Positions 23,389-36,267 are shown, counted from the whole stretch's first letter. The stretch is 63,516 nucleotides of DNA, filler included, from Olpidium bornovanus S191 (GCA_017911155.1; 25 parts of 25 records of this genome joined end to end with filler, not necessarily neighbours in it); one strand, 5' to 3'. A program made the numbers and translations. Notes: a model not told the origin generated them from the sequence alone.

Positions 23389-24581
23389 TTACCTCCGGTG
23401 CGAGCAGTTGCTGCTCCTCGGCACTCTCGGGGACGGCCCCCAGTACCCGCGGATCCGACGACGGCTCCCGGATTCCTCGGACGGCTCCCGGATACCTCCG
23501 ACAGGTAGAGTGAGGTTCATCTCCACCTCTTCGTCGTCGGAGGAATCCCTAGGCACAAACAAGAACGCGAACGCGGAGCTGATTTTTTGCGTTTCAAAAC
23601 GGATGAGAACGGCACATATTTAAAGGCTTTGTCGATCGACATTTGACTCACGGCTTGCGCATCGTCGGACCTGCTGAGGGAACCGGGCTCCAGGGACCCG
23701 ACAAAACCGTCTGGAGAAGGGGGCGGTGAGGTCCATGGCGACCTCTTCCTCGTCGACGGAATCCCTGATACAAACAGGAACAATCCAAATAAAATGATCA
23801 GATTCCTCATGCCAAAATAGAATAAAATCGCTCAAATTCAAAGGATTTTTGACTAGGATTTACTTACTGTTCGGATACCGTAGGGTCCGCAAGGGTAGTG
23901 GGGGCGGCGGGGCGGGCGGGGGGCCGGCGGCGAAGCAAGCGGGGGTGCCGGCAGTGCGGGCGGAGGCGCCGGCGGCGCAAGCGGGCGGTCGCGCCGGCGG
24001 GGGTGCCGGCAGCGGCGAGGCGGGCGGGGGTGCCCGCGGTGCGGGCGCCGGTGCCAGCGGAGGTGCCGGCTGAGGTGCCGGCGGCGGTGCGGGCGTGGGT
24101 GCCGGCGACGGCGAGGCCGAGGGCGACGGCGAGGCCCACCTGCCAGGGCGGCGTCGGTGACGGCGGGGGCGGCGTTAGGGACGGAGGGAGAGAGGGCGGA
24201 GGCGGAGTCGGGGGCGGCGGGGGAGAGGGCGGTGACGGCGAGGGCGGCGGCCGCGGGGGTCCCCCGGCGTCGCCAACGGCGTCCTCGCCTTCCCGCGCCC
24301 GCTTCCTCCTCGCGGGCGAGGCGGCGGCCGCCGGCCGCCGGTCGCTCCAGGGCTCGAAGCTGGGCTCACGTGCCGCCGGGATTCGCCGCCGGGCGCGCCG
24401 CGCGTCTCCGTCCCCGGCGGGTCGCGCGCCGGCGGCGGCGGGCGTGTCGCGCGCCCGCTTCCTGGAGTTCTCCGGGGCAGCCGGGTCGCGGTGGGGACGG
24501 TCCGGGCTGCCGGCACCTGCGCAGGGGCCTTCTGCGGCCGCCGGCCCTCGCCGCGAGCCTGTCCGAGCGACGAGGAGCCAT
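23389..24581 (-). CDS. Putative spliced low-complexity protein (MAPRRSDRLAAR..., two RKRAR NLS-like motifs); apparent frameshift in exon 1
   Basis: ATG at 24581. Donor GTAAGT at 23867 and acceptor TCAG at 23765 join in frame (SEQ-DSVDEEEVAMDLT). The ATG frame differs from the spliced frame. Confidence 0.4.
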
Positions 24582-24772
24582 GCTCGTGGTGGTGGTGTAT
24601 GTGTGTGTCTGTGAGAGTGAGTGAGTGTGTGTGTGTGTGTGTGAGTGAGAGAGAGAGTGTGTGTGTGTGTGTGTGCGTGTGAGGGGGGCGCTTCCTCCCT
24701 CCCTCCCCCTCTCTCTTTTCTCTTTCTGCTGGGGAAAAGAAAAATCGGCTGGACAGACCGGGGCGGCGGCCC

Positions 24773-24780
24773 TTTTATAA
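24773..24780 (-). promoter_or_regulatory. Candidate TATA box (TTATAAAA)
   Basis: Isolated TATAAAA in very GC-rich DNA, about 190 nt upstream of ATG 24581, followed by CA/CT microsatellites in the putative 5' UTR. Confidence 0.4.
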
Positions 24781-27102
24781 CCCCCCCCCCGCCCCCCGCC
24801 CAGCCACATCCCCCCTGCCCCTTGGCGCACGTGCAGAAAAGAAAAACACGGCGGACAGGGCGGATGTCATCCCAGCTCCCGCACAAAAGTCATCACCGGG
24901 TAAATGTAGCCAGGCTAGCTTTCTGTTACGGTTTGCGGCCGTCCGGTCGTCATCACTGTTCACTGCGACCGTCAAACTTGTGCTCCCCCCGGCACGGCAC
25001 CTGCACCGCGTAAACAAACTCCTCACCAAGGAAACAAACCAAAACCACCACCTACCCGAAGACCACCCCCCCCTCCCTCCCCCCGATCCCTCCTCTCAAA
25101 ATGGGCTGCCCCTGACGCTGCGATACCGCCAAGACGGCTTTGCGTGCTGAAAGACAGAGGTTTACACTGAGAGGCAACGCACGTTGTGGAAAAGCATTCG
25201 CATGAGTTAGCTGGCGGCGTCAACGCAAAATCAAGTAGGCGTGGCATTACTGTAGCCCGTGAGCCCCCGGATCCGCAGCCGCCTGATACCCGCGCCGCCA
25301 CGCCCACAAAAGCAGCGTGCCNNNNNNNNNNNNNNNNNNNNNNNNNNNNNNNNNNNNNNNNNNNNTTAATTAATTAANNNNNNNNNNNNNNNNNNNNNNN
25401 NNNNNNNNNNNNNNNNNNNNNAGAACAAAATATTATTCCCGTTAAACGGCACACGGAATTTCCCACCGCCTGTCCCAACACCAGCACACCACGGAGCACG
25501 ACGGGTCGAACGGGCAACGCGGTGGACGGTGGCGGGTGCGGGTTCGCAAGCTTTCCGACGCGTGAACGAGAGACCAGTCATCTCCGTGTGCATGTGTGCA
25601 GTTGGGGCTTGTCACCGTCGTCCCCCGGAAAAGGGAGGGAGAGGTCAAAAATTACATAAATTATTAATAATATGAATATAATAGTATATAATGAAACTAA
25701 TATATAAACTCAATCCCTGCTGCCCCGGTCAAAAGGACCGTGGGGTGGCTGGGGAGGAAGGTCTTCAAAAAACAAAAGGAGCCCGTTCGATGGCGAATCC
25801 CCTTGGTCCAGCTGCGAAGGGCCTGAGGCTTCTGGAAAACGTGATTTTTCATCACACGGGAGGTTTCACAACCGGTCAACGCAGAGACCGAACCGGGTTT
25901 GAAGACAAGATCATTTCTAGCGGGGTTACGAAAGCCCCGGACGAGAAAAGTTGCGGCAAACCTTCTTTTTCTTGTTTCTTTTTTTTTCTTGTTCTTTTTT
26001 TTCGTTTTTTTTTTTTTTTTTTTGTTGTGGGGAAGTGCTGGGTCCTGTCTCTCCATAGGTGCGATTCCCATTGATCTGTGCAACGCTAACCCTCCCCCGT
26101 CACTCTGCAGGATCTTGACGTGCCCCTCGGTCATGTTTCTCGAGAGACGCTTGCAGTACTCCAGGGTGCTTCTAAGGACTCTCGCTTTTGTGTTTCATAG
26201 CGTACACTCGCGCGTGGCGCGCGTCGCCTCATCGAGGAACACGATGGCGTACCGAGCCCCACCGATCGGGCGCTTTTCCCAAAGGAGAGTCACGACGCCG
26301 GGTGTGCGCCTTGTTCAGTCGATCCTGGGCGCGAATCTCGTTGCCGCTCGTTTCCGTTCCTCAAACACATCCCGCACGCGTCGCCCCTTGGTCCTTGCGC
26401 GAAATCCCGCAGTTCTCGGAAGCCGGGCCCTGGAGCGCCTGCGATGCGAGTGAAAAAGCAAAATGTCGGCTCGGCGATCAACGCGCGCCCGCCGGGCTCT
26501 TCCCCACGTCAAGCCCGGCAACGCGCCGGGCTTCGGAGCTCCAAACGATAAAAAGGTTGTCCGTAAGACGCGTCCCGGCAGCGAATTTCTTCGCCGTTGC
26601 GATGCACTGTACACCCGGCCCCCCCCCCCCCCCCCCCCCCCCCCCCGCCCCCCCGCTGGGGGGTTGGTGCGTCCCCCTTTCCCTGTTGGCTCGCCGAACG
26701 GAGCGGCGGGTTTTTTTTTTCGAGCTTTGGCGGAGGCGTCGTCGGCTTTTTTTTTTTTTCCCTTTCCTTTTTTTTCCCCAAGGAAGTCAGCGCGGTTTGT
26801 CCGCAGACTTGGCGCGCCGCGGACAGATCTCCTTGCCGGTGCGTTTGCTAGTGAAAGGAGAACTTCGACTAAACGCGCTTTATCGTGGCCCCCACTTGAC
26901 GAGGCCGACGTTTGTTTGGTCGATCCGCGCTGAGATATCCACACGTGGCGTCACCGGCCGGCGGCCGACGACAGTTCGCATGCTTGATGCACGCGCGGGG
27001 CCGGGGGGAACGGAGCCACACGTCTACTTCCTTGAACATGCCGTGGAGGGCTCTAAAAATCAGACAGACATCCGGCATTTGCACAACTGGAAACTTGCGC
27101 AG

Positions 27103-27200
27103 TGTTGCGGAAAAGGGGCTCTCTCTCTTCCGTCTTCCTTCCTCTCTCCTTTTCCCTTCCGTTGTTTGCGTTTGACGGCGGGAGGAAGAGCTCCAGGGGG
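27103..27200 (-). mobile_element. LTR fragment (solo or 3' LTR) of the same family as 11152-11272
   Basis: Starts TGTTGCG on the plus strand and shares TTCCGTCTTCCTTC...TTGTTTGCGTTTGACGGCGGGAGGAAGAGCTCCAGGGG with 11172-11239. No PBS is adjacent. Confidence 0.7.
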
Positions 27201-27309
27201 NNNNNNNNNNNNNNNNNNNNNNNNNNNNNNNNNNNNNNNNNNNNTTAATTAATTAANNNNNNNNNNNNNNNNNNNNNNNNNNNNNNNNNNNNNNNNNNNN
27301 CAGAGGCAG

Positions 27310-27372
<63 letters not shown>

Positions 27373-27476
27373 TTCTTCCCCTTATCCTCCCGCCCGCACG
27401 GCCGCCCGCAACGGCGCCGCGCGTCGCCGCAGCCTTCCCGATCGGCCGCCGCGTTCCGCCGGAAGACGTCTTCGCC

Positions 27477-28313
27477 GTGGGGGCCGCGCTCGTCCGCGGG
27501 CTGACGGCGGGCGGCCGCGGGCGGGCGCTCGAGCCGCCCGCCGGCGCCGGCCAGGCGGAGGCCAAGACCGTCTACCTCACCCGCCACGCCGAAGCCGAGC
27601 ACAACGTCCGCCGGCGCTACTACCTCCGGGACCCGCGCCTGACCGACCGCGGGCGGCAGCAGGCCGCCGTCGAGCTGCCCCGGTCCCTGCGCGGCCTGGC
27701 TCCGCCCGGAAGCGCGGGCGGGAAGGGGGAAGGGGAGAGAGAGGAGGAGGAGGAGGGGGGGGAGGGGGGTCCCGCCCTCGACCTGATCGTCACCTCGCCG
27801 CTGAAGCGCACGCTCCAGACCTCCCTCCTGGGTTACCGGCGCTACGTGGACGCCGGGGTCCCCGTCGTGGTGCTGCCCGAGCTGCAGGAGCTGGGCGCCC
27901 TGCCCGCCGACACCGGGTCGCCGCTCGCGGACCTCGAGGCCGAGTTCCCGCGGCTGTCCTTCGAGCGCCTCGAGGAGATCGAGCGCGCCTCCGGCGGCCG
28001 TCCCTGGTACGAGAAAAGGGGGGACTACGCCCCCACCCTGTACGCCGTCGCCCGGAGGACCCGCCGCCTCGTCTCGTGGCTCCTCGCCCGCCCCGAGGAG
28101 AACATCGCCGTCGTCACCCACAGCGGCCTGCTGCACTGGATTCTCCGCCAGCTCAGGGAGTTCCGGAACGCCGAGGTCCGGAGGTACGCCCTCACGCTCG
28201 ACCGGAAGTGGAAGCTCGAGGGCTTGAAACCATCCGCCGGAGACGAACGCGGTTGCGTCGACGACGCCGCCGGCGCCCGCGAGGTCGGCGAGATATGCAA
28301 GCGCTCGGTTTAG
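27477..28313 (+). CDS. Phosphoglycerate mutase-like histidine phosphatase; start codon uncertain
   Basis: VYLTRHAEAEHN (RHG-type motif), DPRLTDRGRQQA, IVTSPLKRTLQT, LPELQE, IAVVTHSGLL and FRNAEVR. Confidence 0.92.
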   Translation: MGAALVRGLTAGGRGRALEPPAGAGQAEAKTVYLTRHAEAEHNVRRRYYLRDPRLTDRGRQQAAVELPRSLRGLAPPGSAGGKGEGEREEEEEGGEGGPALDLIVTSPLKRTLQTSLLGYRRYVDAGVPVVVLPELQELGALPADTGSPLADLEAEFPRLSFERLEEIERASGGRPWYEKRGDYAPTLYAVARRTRRLVSWLLARPEENIAVVTHSGLLHWILRQLREFRNAEVRRYALTLDRKWKLEGLKPSAGDERGCVDDAAGAREVGEICKRSV

Positions 28314-28620
28314 AAAAAAAAAAAAACGGGGCGGCGGGCGTTTCCTTTTTGCGACCGCCGGGGTACGGATTGGATTTTCCGCGGAATTGCGACGGCCGGC
28401 GCGAGCGCCCCGTCGTACCTTCCCCCCCCCTCCTCTCTCCGGGCTTTCCCCCACCTCGCACTTCGGCTTTGCCCCGCGCCGTTTGAACGCTCTTTATAAC
28501 CTGTGCGGTTGTGCCACCGTCTGATTCCGCACGTGACGGATAATACACCGCTCGAAAACAGCGAAGACCCAAACTCTGCACACGCATACACACACACCCC
28601 TCCGGCCGTTTTCGTCTTCC

Positions 28621-28677
<57 letters not shown>

Positions 28678-29129
28678 CTTTTTTTCATTTTTCTTTTTTT
28701 CGTTTTTTCTTTTTTTCTTTTTTTCNNNNNNNNNNNNNNNNNNNNNNNNNNNNNNNNNNNNNNNNNNNNTTAATTAATTAANNNNNNNNNNNNNNNNNNN
28801 NNNNNNNNNNNNNNNNNNNNNNNNNAAAAAAAAGAAGAAAAAAATAAAAAGAAAAAAAGAAAGGAAAAAGAAAAAAGGAAAAGAAAAAGAAAAAGGAAAC
28901 GACGAGGAAGCCCCTTCGCCGATGCTCCGTCAGGCCAAAAATGCAAACAGGGAGCAGAGGGCACGCCCGGCAACCCCACTTCCCGCAGGCAAAAATAAAA
29001 AAAAGAAAAAAATCATACGGTTACAAAACGGGCGGCCGCACCCCTTCCGCCCCGTATCTCGGCCCGACCCGTCCCCCCGTCCTCCGCCTTCCCGGTTTTT
29101 TTTTTCTTGTTTATGCCCGTGCGGCTCTT

Positions 29130-29832
29130 CCTTCCCCCGCAGCCGACCCTTTGCCTGCCGAGGAGCTCCCCGATGACTTCGTCGGCGTACACCCAAGTCT
29201 GCTGGATGCCGTTGGCGGCCGCCGCGCGGCCGTCCGGAACGCCGGAGTCGACGTCGGGGACGGTGCGTTTTCGCAGGCGCACGACGAGGCCGCCCTGAGA
29301 GTTTTTTTTTTCCCAGAAAAAAGAGGAAAAGTTAAGGTGCCGGGTGCGGGCGCGGGGTTGATGGGGGAGGGGGTGTCGGGTGAGCGGCGAGGTCGATCAG
29401 AAGGGCGCTTCGGCAAAGCGCGCAGCAGCGGAGGCGGCGGGCGCAACAAGAGACGACGACGGGACGGGGCTCCCTTCTTTCCGTGTTTTTTTTTCCGTCC
29501 ACTTGTCCTCTTCTCCGCCCTTCGAACCTCTCTTTCCGCTTCCTCTCCGCTCCCTCTCTCTCTCTTTCCGCTTCCTCTCCGCTCCCTCTCTCTCTCTTTC
29601 CATCTCTCTCACTCTCACTCTCTCTCTGCTCTCCGCGTCGCACGTTTTCGCTCGCGTCGGCGCCGACGTAAGACACGACAATGTTCGCGTTCCCCTCGCC
29701 CTTGTACGCCCAGTCTGAGGGGCGCAGCGGTGGGGCGGGCGGCAAACGGCGGTTGCCGGGACCGTGCGCCCCCGCCGCCGCCGCCGCCGCCCGGCAATCG
29801 AGCTCGCCGGGTCGGCCGCGAGCGCCGTCCAT
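29130..29832 (-). CDS. IPK1: Inositol-pentakisphosphate 2-kinase, N-terminal exons only
   Basis: DWAYKGEGNANIVVSYVG signature; the next exon contains VVRLRK. Confidence 0.8.
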
Positions 29833-30506
29833 GCCGTCAGGCCGCGGGAAGGGGGGGGGGGGGGGGGGGCGGGGGGGGGGGCCGGGGGGGGGGGGGGGGG
29901 GGGCCCCCGGGGGCCCCCCCCCCCCCCCCGGGGCNNNNNNNNNNNNNNNNNNNNNNNNNNNNNNNNNNNNNNNNNNNNTTAATTAATTAANNNNNNNNNN
30001 NNNNNNNNNNNNNNNNNNNNNNNNNNNNNNNNNNGTTCCACTGCGGGGCATTTAATCCGTGGATGTCACTATGCATCCGCAGACCCGACAACCCTGCTGC
30101 CCCCTTGGGGGCCCCTCAATTTGGAGAGCATGCGAGCGAATCATTTGGAGAATTTACTCCTTTTGGCTACTGAGAATCGAACCCAGAGCCTCATGGTTTA
30201 TGGCGCGACACACAAACCAGTCAACAGTGTAACGAAGTGTTTCGGAAACAAACCCTGGCGGAAAAATCGCGTTATAAAGGACCTGCGCGCCACGGCCGTC
30301 GACAATCGCCGGCAATGACCCCCACGCAGCCACCTGACGGACGAGACCGGTTCAGCTACTACCGAGTGGAAGTTATAGGGCTATAACTTTCAAGTGCGCA
30401 CCTCGCGTTTTCCCTGTCTGCGGCTGCCGCCAGTTGGCAGTAGTCCTGAAGCCTCCACCGTACTGCCAATCGCCTTGCAAACACAAAAACAAAAAAAAAA
30501 ATTTTT

Positions 30507-30547
<41 letters not shown>

Positions 30548-30559
30548 GTCAAATGCGCA

Positions 30560-30617
30560 TGGGACGTAGTTCCCGTGCCAGGCGACGACGTCGAACGGCG
30601 AGTGGTCCTGCTTTGCC
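30560..30617 (-). CDS. HGD: Homogentisate 1,2-dioxygenase, single isolated exon
   Basis: AKQDHSPFDVVAWHGNYVP follows a CAG acceptor and matches the conserved HGD motif SPF(D/N)VVAWHGNY. Flanking exons were not found. Confidence 0.78.
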
Positions 30618-30733
30618 CTGGCGGCGCGCGGGCAAAAGGCGGGGGAGGTTGTTTTAATGCGGAAGGGGGAAGTATGCGTGTGGGGGAGGGGGGAGGGGGG
30701 AGCGCGGGGGGGCAACCCGGGAGTTTTTTGGGG

Positions 30734-30775
<42 letters not shown>

Positions 30776-33700
30776 CTCGCATGCGCATTTGACGCAAAAA
30801 AAAAAAAAAAAAAAAAAAAAATGACACGGGCGGCAAAATTCTCTCATTCTCATTTTCTCTCCCTCGCGCCCCGGATCACGTGACTGTACAACCTCTCGCG
30901 AGAACTGGCGACCGACACACACTGAGGATGTCATCAAAGTTCCGCTCCGAAGTAGGAAAAAAAAAATGACGCTACCATCCTCCCGTAATCTCCGCAGCCA
31001 AACCGGGAACCTTGCGGGGGGGGGGAGGCGGGGGGGGGGGGGGGGGGGGGGGAGTGAGTGAGTGAGTGTGAGAGACAGTGAGTGACAGTGAGTGACAGTG
31101 AGTGACTGGCGGGGGGGCAGCCGCGCGCGGCGTGTGTGGAGAGAAGAGAAAGTGGAGAAANNNNNNNNNNNNNNNNNNNNNNNNNNNNNNNNNNNNNNNN
31201 NNNNTTAATTAATTAANNNNNNNNNNNNNNNNNNNNNNNNNNNNNNNNNNNNNNNNNNNNCATGTCACTTCGGCCTTTCGCAAAAATTTTTCGCGCGATA
31301 TTGCAGGTGCCGCTTGCCTACAGGCGTTTTGGGGATTTTCTCCGCTACTTAGAACTGACGAACCAACCTTTGCCGGAGTCCGACCGTCGGAGCGGCCCGC
31401 CTGAAGACCCAGCAGCAGGTAGAGGTTTGGCCGGCGCCGCCGGAAGGACGTCGCAGCTCTCGCGGTCAGCTTCCTCCGCGCAGGCGCATTACATCGCGCC
31501 AACGGTTGTGAACAGGCGGCGCAGCTTCAGGACGCACCCGGGCGACGACGGGCCCTGATTCCTCCGCTCCCTCCACAGATGCCCCGTACAGCGCCGGGCT
31601 CCCAGTGAGAGATGGGTGCAAGGGGATCACCTCTCCCTGCGCCAAAATTCTTCCGGTTTTTAAAACTAAAACATAGGCAGCTGTCCTTTGTCCTAAACCG
31701 TTCATTCAGACTGCGCGGTTGTAACCAGCAGCCGTCCTGTTTGCGACCTGCCCCGTCTCTTTAACTCATACCACCTTTTAGAGCGATATCCGAAATATTC
31801 CCTTCCCAATCCAACCCAACCCAACGCAACTTGCCCCCTTCCTGCACTCAGCATATTTTCTGTTTCCTATCGGCCAAGCCGCCCAAATTCGCCCAATTCA
31901 TCGGATACCCCTTTCGGCCGAAGCTGGCCAGCTCAAAAATGTCGTGTGAAATCGGAACACGGTGGCTATTGAGCGTCGAAGTTAACGGGTCGGTTCGCGG
32001 GCATTTCGCCACCTGTCTTGGCAGCCAGCCTAGTTTGGTGAGCAGGTGATATCACGGTAATCCGGCGTGTTTCCTCCGTTGCTCAATGGGAGGTCTCTGC
32101 CCAGTTCGTCTGTCAGCGACGTCCGCGTGACCGTACTCCTCCCACGGTGCAGGGTCTTTGGAGTTGAGAATGCAAGCGCAAAGCAGTGTTATACTGCGTG
32201 CGAAAATCGGAACGACGGGTATGAATTTGCAGAACACGACACGGCCGTTTTCCCCAGACATCTACGCGGTCTCACACTCGGCATCCCGTGACATCGGATA
32301 TAGGTATCCGGCGACGTCTCTCGCGATGTTGCAGCATGAANNNNNNNNNNNNNNNNNNNNNNNNNNNNNNNNNNNNNNNNNNNNTTAATTAATTAANNNN
32401 NNNNNNNNNNNNNNNNNNNNNNNNNNNNNNNNNNNNNNNNACTCAAATTGCGGCGGCATTGTCCGAGCATAAGTCCAATACAATCCCACACAGCATATTA
32501 GCGCCAAACGCAGCCAGCAAAAACCTGTAAAACGGTTAGACCGAACATTGGTTTCGACATGTCCGCGCAGATCGTGCTGGGGCGCTAGCGCAGATCGTGC
32601 CTGGGGTAATCGTGTAAAAACCTGCTTTGGCCAAAAGCAAAGCCGAGACTGAAACAAAAGATTCCGTAACTGTCCATAACAGGAATCGGCCCTCAAATTT
32701 TAACTTTCTCAGAAGAAAGAAAAAGGATTTCACGAAAATCAAAGGGTGTTTCCTCGCAGTTTTTGCTGCACATGAGCAGAATGGAGAAGAGCTGCTGCAG
32801 GCAATGGCATTTCGCTCAGCGCCTGGCACACATGGGAGAATTTATTAGGAAATGCCAGCGAAAGTTGTGGCTGTAGAAAAGCAAATCATCGCCCATAGGG
32901 CTCTGTCTGCGGGCAAATATCGCTGAGGAGTTAGGGCTCGTGCTGTTGTGGAGGTCTCTGCAGGCCTCAAAATAAGATTTGGTCAACACGAGCAAAGGGA
33001 CAAGGGCATCGGATAAGTTGAATTTGACCAAGTTGAAGCTTGGGGATAGCCTAGATCAGCCTGATTCCCGGGTTCGTACTGGACCTAAACCTGCCCGAGT
33101 CTCTCTTGACAGTGTCCAAGCATTTGAAGCGTTTTTACGTGCTCTAAAGCTGATGAAATTGCGAGAAAAGATAGAATGGTGAGATCCAGAAACGCTTGGA
33201 ACGGCATATTTAGAAACTCGATGGCAGGTTGAAGGCAGTAATTCTTGTAGAATAGACGCAGAGACGGAAAAGAGGATAGGCGGGCGGATGCGCGGGACGG
33301 AGGGGAGTGTGCATGCTCGAAGCGTACAACGCGCATGTTGCCGCCCAAACCGTGCCTCCCTTAAAAGATTTGGCGGTCAGCCGTGCTGCGCACGCCTTGC
33401 TGACCACCGCATTCGGCCGGCTGCGGACGGGTGTGAAAAACAGGGCTCGTTGTCCTTGTCGGCGTATCAAATATGATCTCCAGGGGCCCTTATTCATAGG
33501 AGTTCCTTTTTTCCATGACATTTCTTGTCATTTTTGCTCGTCGTCCATGTTCACGTCGTTCCCTCCTTCGGACGCCCTGTATATATGTTTTTTCTTTCTG
33601 CTGCTGCCGCGCGCCAGTGGACGATGTGGCGGCACGCGGGAGGACGACGTTTTCTCCGTTGACCCCCGCAGGGAGATGACGCGGCGAGAAGTAGAAGCGC

Positions 33701-34158
33701 AGTGTTCCACGTAGATGCACGTCGAACCCCACCTTTGTTCAAGTCTAAATTAGTGGGTTACAAATATTGCTAATTACGGTTCAAGGCATTAATTACTTCA
33801 CTACTTCTGCTTCAAAGAAGTGCCGCGTCTGGGCAGGATTGAGTTAGTTCGACGGACGAGTTTGGGAGTTATGGAACAGCGGGAACCTGTCAGTTGTACC
33901 TTCTGCTCTAGCCAGGGGTTTTCCACTCAGCTTCACTCTGGTGTTAGAATCAGTATAGAAACAACGTGTGGGGGAGGGGGGATGCTCTCGCTATGTCGCG
34001 CATTTTGGACTGCACCGAAGTTAAAGTGTTTGAATTTACCTGGAAATTATTTTAATGTGACTATATGGATGAATGCGGAAGGTTTATAAATATCCGAGAT
34101 AAAACAATAGAGCACCTGTGAGGGTCAACGGTAATGGGTCATCACAAGAGTTGGCTGA

Positions 34159-36267
34159 TCACGTTGCGGAAGCGGGTGGCAACTCTTCACGCGTCTGCAT
34201 GAGGCTATATGCACCGGCGGCACCAGACACCGGCGCGGCGGCAGCTGCCGTTGTTACCGGGGGGTCAGCAGAAACCACAGCCGCTTTGGTGACCGCCCGC
34301 GCTTTTCGGACTGCGGCCGCCTGCTGCGCATGCCTAGGAAAGTTTACGAGTTTTCGGTGGTACCGGATCTCATTGCTGGCGAAGCCTGGGATCCTGATGT
34401 TCCAGTTCCGGTCTACGGGACACGGGAGCGCTCTAAGCGAATCGGAAAACAAAACACGCGGCCACCTGCAAAATAGAGCATCCTCGGCCGGGAAAGGGAC
34501 TGGCAGAGACCGTACCAATATGGAGCTGCAAGTCCTGCACTTCGACGGTATTGCATTTTCGGTGCTTCGCCAGATTGCACGCGAATCGGGTCACGGATTC
34601 AATAAATTCATCTGCAACGTCTAACAGAATCTACATGTACGCCAAGGACGAGGACAGAACGCGACAGTCAGTAGCAGGATCAGGAGAAATGGACAAAGAC
34701 CGCAAGCCGGGCGGCCGACAACCCATGCTAAAGCAGAAAGTGACCATCAGCAGCAACGTCGCGCAAGACTGTTCGGGTCGGGCAGAAAACCACGGGCAAT
34801 AAGGCCACCTGGACTGTCGCAAACTGAGCTCCTTGGATTTGACGCGGGTGGAAGGTACATTGATTTCACGCCAGAGTACCGGAGCTCAGCGCTCACCTCC
34901 TCGAGGTCATCTTCCATTTGCTCGTTCGGGTCGACCTGCTTAAGAATCTCGTGTATGGTCCTCTTGCCGACGTAGGAAAGTGAAGGCCGGGAGCGGAGCT
35001 TGCTGTCTATGCCGCCTTCCTGAGCAATACGTTTTGCTCCGGTAATCTGATCCACAACAGGAATCGTCATCGCCTCGACGGGCAGGCCAGTGTGGGACGG
35101 TCGTGGCCTTTGAAGAGGGGGTCCGCTGGAAGAACCCGCCAACAACGCTGCACTGGGTCTCGTTACAGCGCCGGCTGGAACGGCGGAGAGAACATTGCCA
35201 CCCGCTACGGCTGCAGTCGGGCCGACTCCGACGACGGGCGGTGGACCAACTTGAGCAGCGACACTGCATGCCTCCATTGCTCCGGAAACGGCAATTGGCG
35301 TTGGCGCGCTCTCCGTGCTATCCCGAGCACCGGCGGGCTGCTGCCGCGACTTTTGGCGGCGCCTGGAGCCTGCAGGGTCCTCAGCATTCTGTGCCGAACG
35401 GGTCCCGGCGAGTTCGCACTGATATGCAACGTCACGGTTTTGCTCATTTCGCAGCTTTGTGGGCTTATCCGTTCTGTCCGCTTCCGCCCGCCCTAAAACC
35501 GCGCCGCCTTCAGCACCAGCGGGCTGCGTCTGCAATCATACGCCGCGTCGAGTCAGCTCCGCACGGAACATTGCAGACGCGGGGGTCCCCGCAGTGCGGC
35601 CACGAAGCACGAACCAACGCACCTGCTGTTGTTGCTGCTGCAACTGGAGACGTTGCCGCTTTTGCCCTTTCCGCGCCGAAGGTAGCCCTAAAAAATTTGT
35701 TACTTCAGGCCCGACTTCGCTTGGCATCCGGCCAGCCTCGGCCGCAAGCATCACCTGGCCCGGCGAGAGGGCTGGTGGGAGGGGCAGTGCCGGCGACGGC
35801 GAGGCTGCCGCCGGCAGGGCGGCGAGCTCGCCGGAGGCCAGCGTACCCAACGCGGGTGTCGCGTTGGCATCGCTGTTCCGCAGAGATGTACCGCAGGTCA
35901 CAGCCTCCGGCGGCTTCCCCGGTGCACTCGGTATGGAACCCAGGCCCAAAGACGAGATCAGTGGACTGTTACTTTCGCTGGAGTCCGCGCTGCTCCGACC
36001 GCTGCTGCTCTTCGGCGGATTTTTCGGAGGCGGCGGCGGTGGCGGGGCCACTTTGGACAGCGACGACGGGGGCAAGACCAGTCCCCGTCCAGCCGGCTGA
36101 GCGGTTCCCGACGCGACCGACGGCGACGGACCGGCCGCTTTTGTGCGGATCAGAGAAGTCGGAGGCAGCTTCAGGCCCGCCTGCGCCGGCGATGTAGGAG
36201 CGCCGGCTCCCCTGGCCGCGCCGGCGCCGCCGTTCGCAGCGCGCAAACCTGACGGCGTTCTCGACAT
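34159..36267 (-). CDS. TAF12: TFIID/SAGA subunit 12, multi-exon, with a long low-complexity N-terminus
   Basis: Histone-fold exons [58 protein letters not shown] and [17 protein letters not shown]. Confidence 0.92.

Noticed and set aside
23517-23810. 97-aa ORF MRNLIILFGLFLFVSG...RKR resembling a secreted effector with a Kex2 site
   Set aside because: The hydrophobic stretch is the T-rich 3' end of an intron (acceptor TCAG at 23765); the conserved duplicated reading is in another frame.
19142-25321. Operon-like linkage of the HerA-like ATPase with the hairpin array and neighbouring gene
   Set aside because: They lie on different contigs separated by an artificial spacer at 21094-21193; there is no evidence of physical linkage.
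26130-26310. Minus-strand YAIVFLDEA (Walker B-like) and RVLRSTLEYCKRLSR segments
   Set aside because: Probably real exons, but too short to assign; no Walker A or other family motif found.
27309-27372. Very long poly(C)/poly(G) and poly(A)/poly(T) runs near contig ends (also 17232, 19012, 28622, 29850, 31020)
   Set aside because: Lengths are unreliable and coincide with assembly breaks; G-quadruplex or other function cannot be argued from this assembly.
33820-34089. LKCLNLPGNYF, a single LRR-like motif
   Set aside because: One isolated repeat in a short ORF with no supporting exons.
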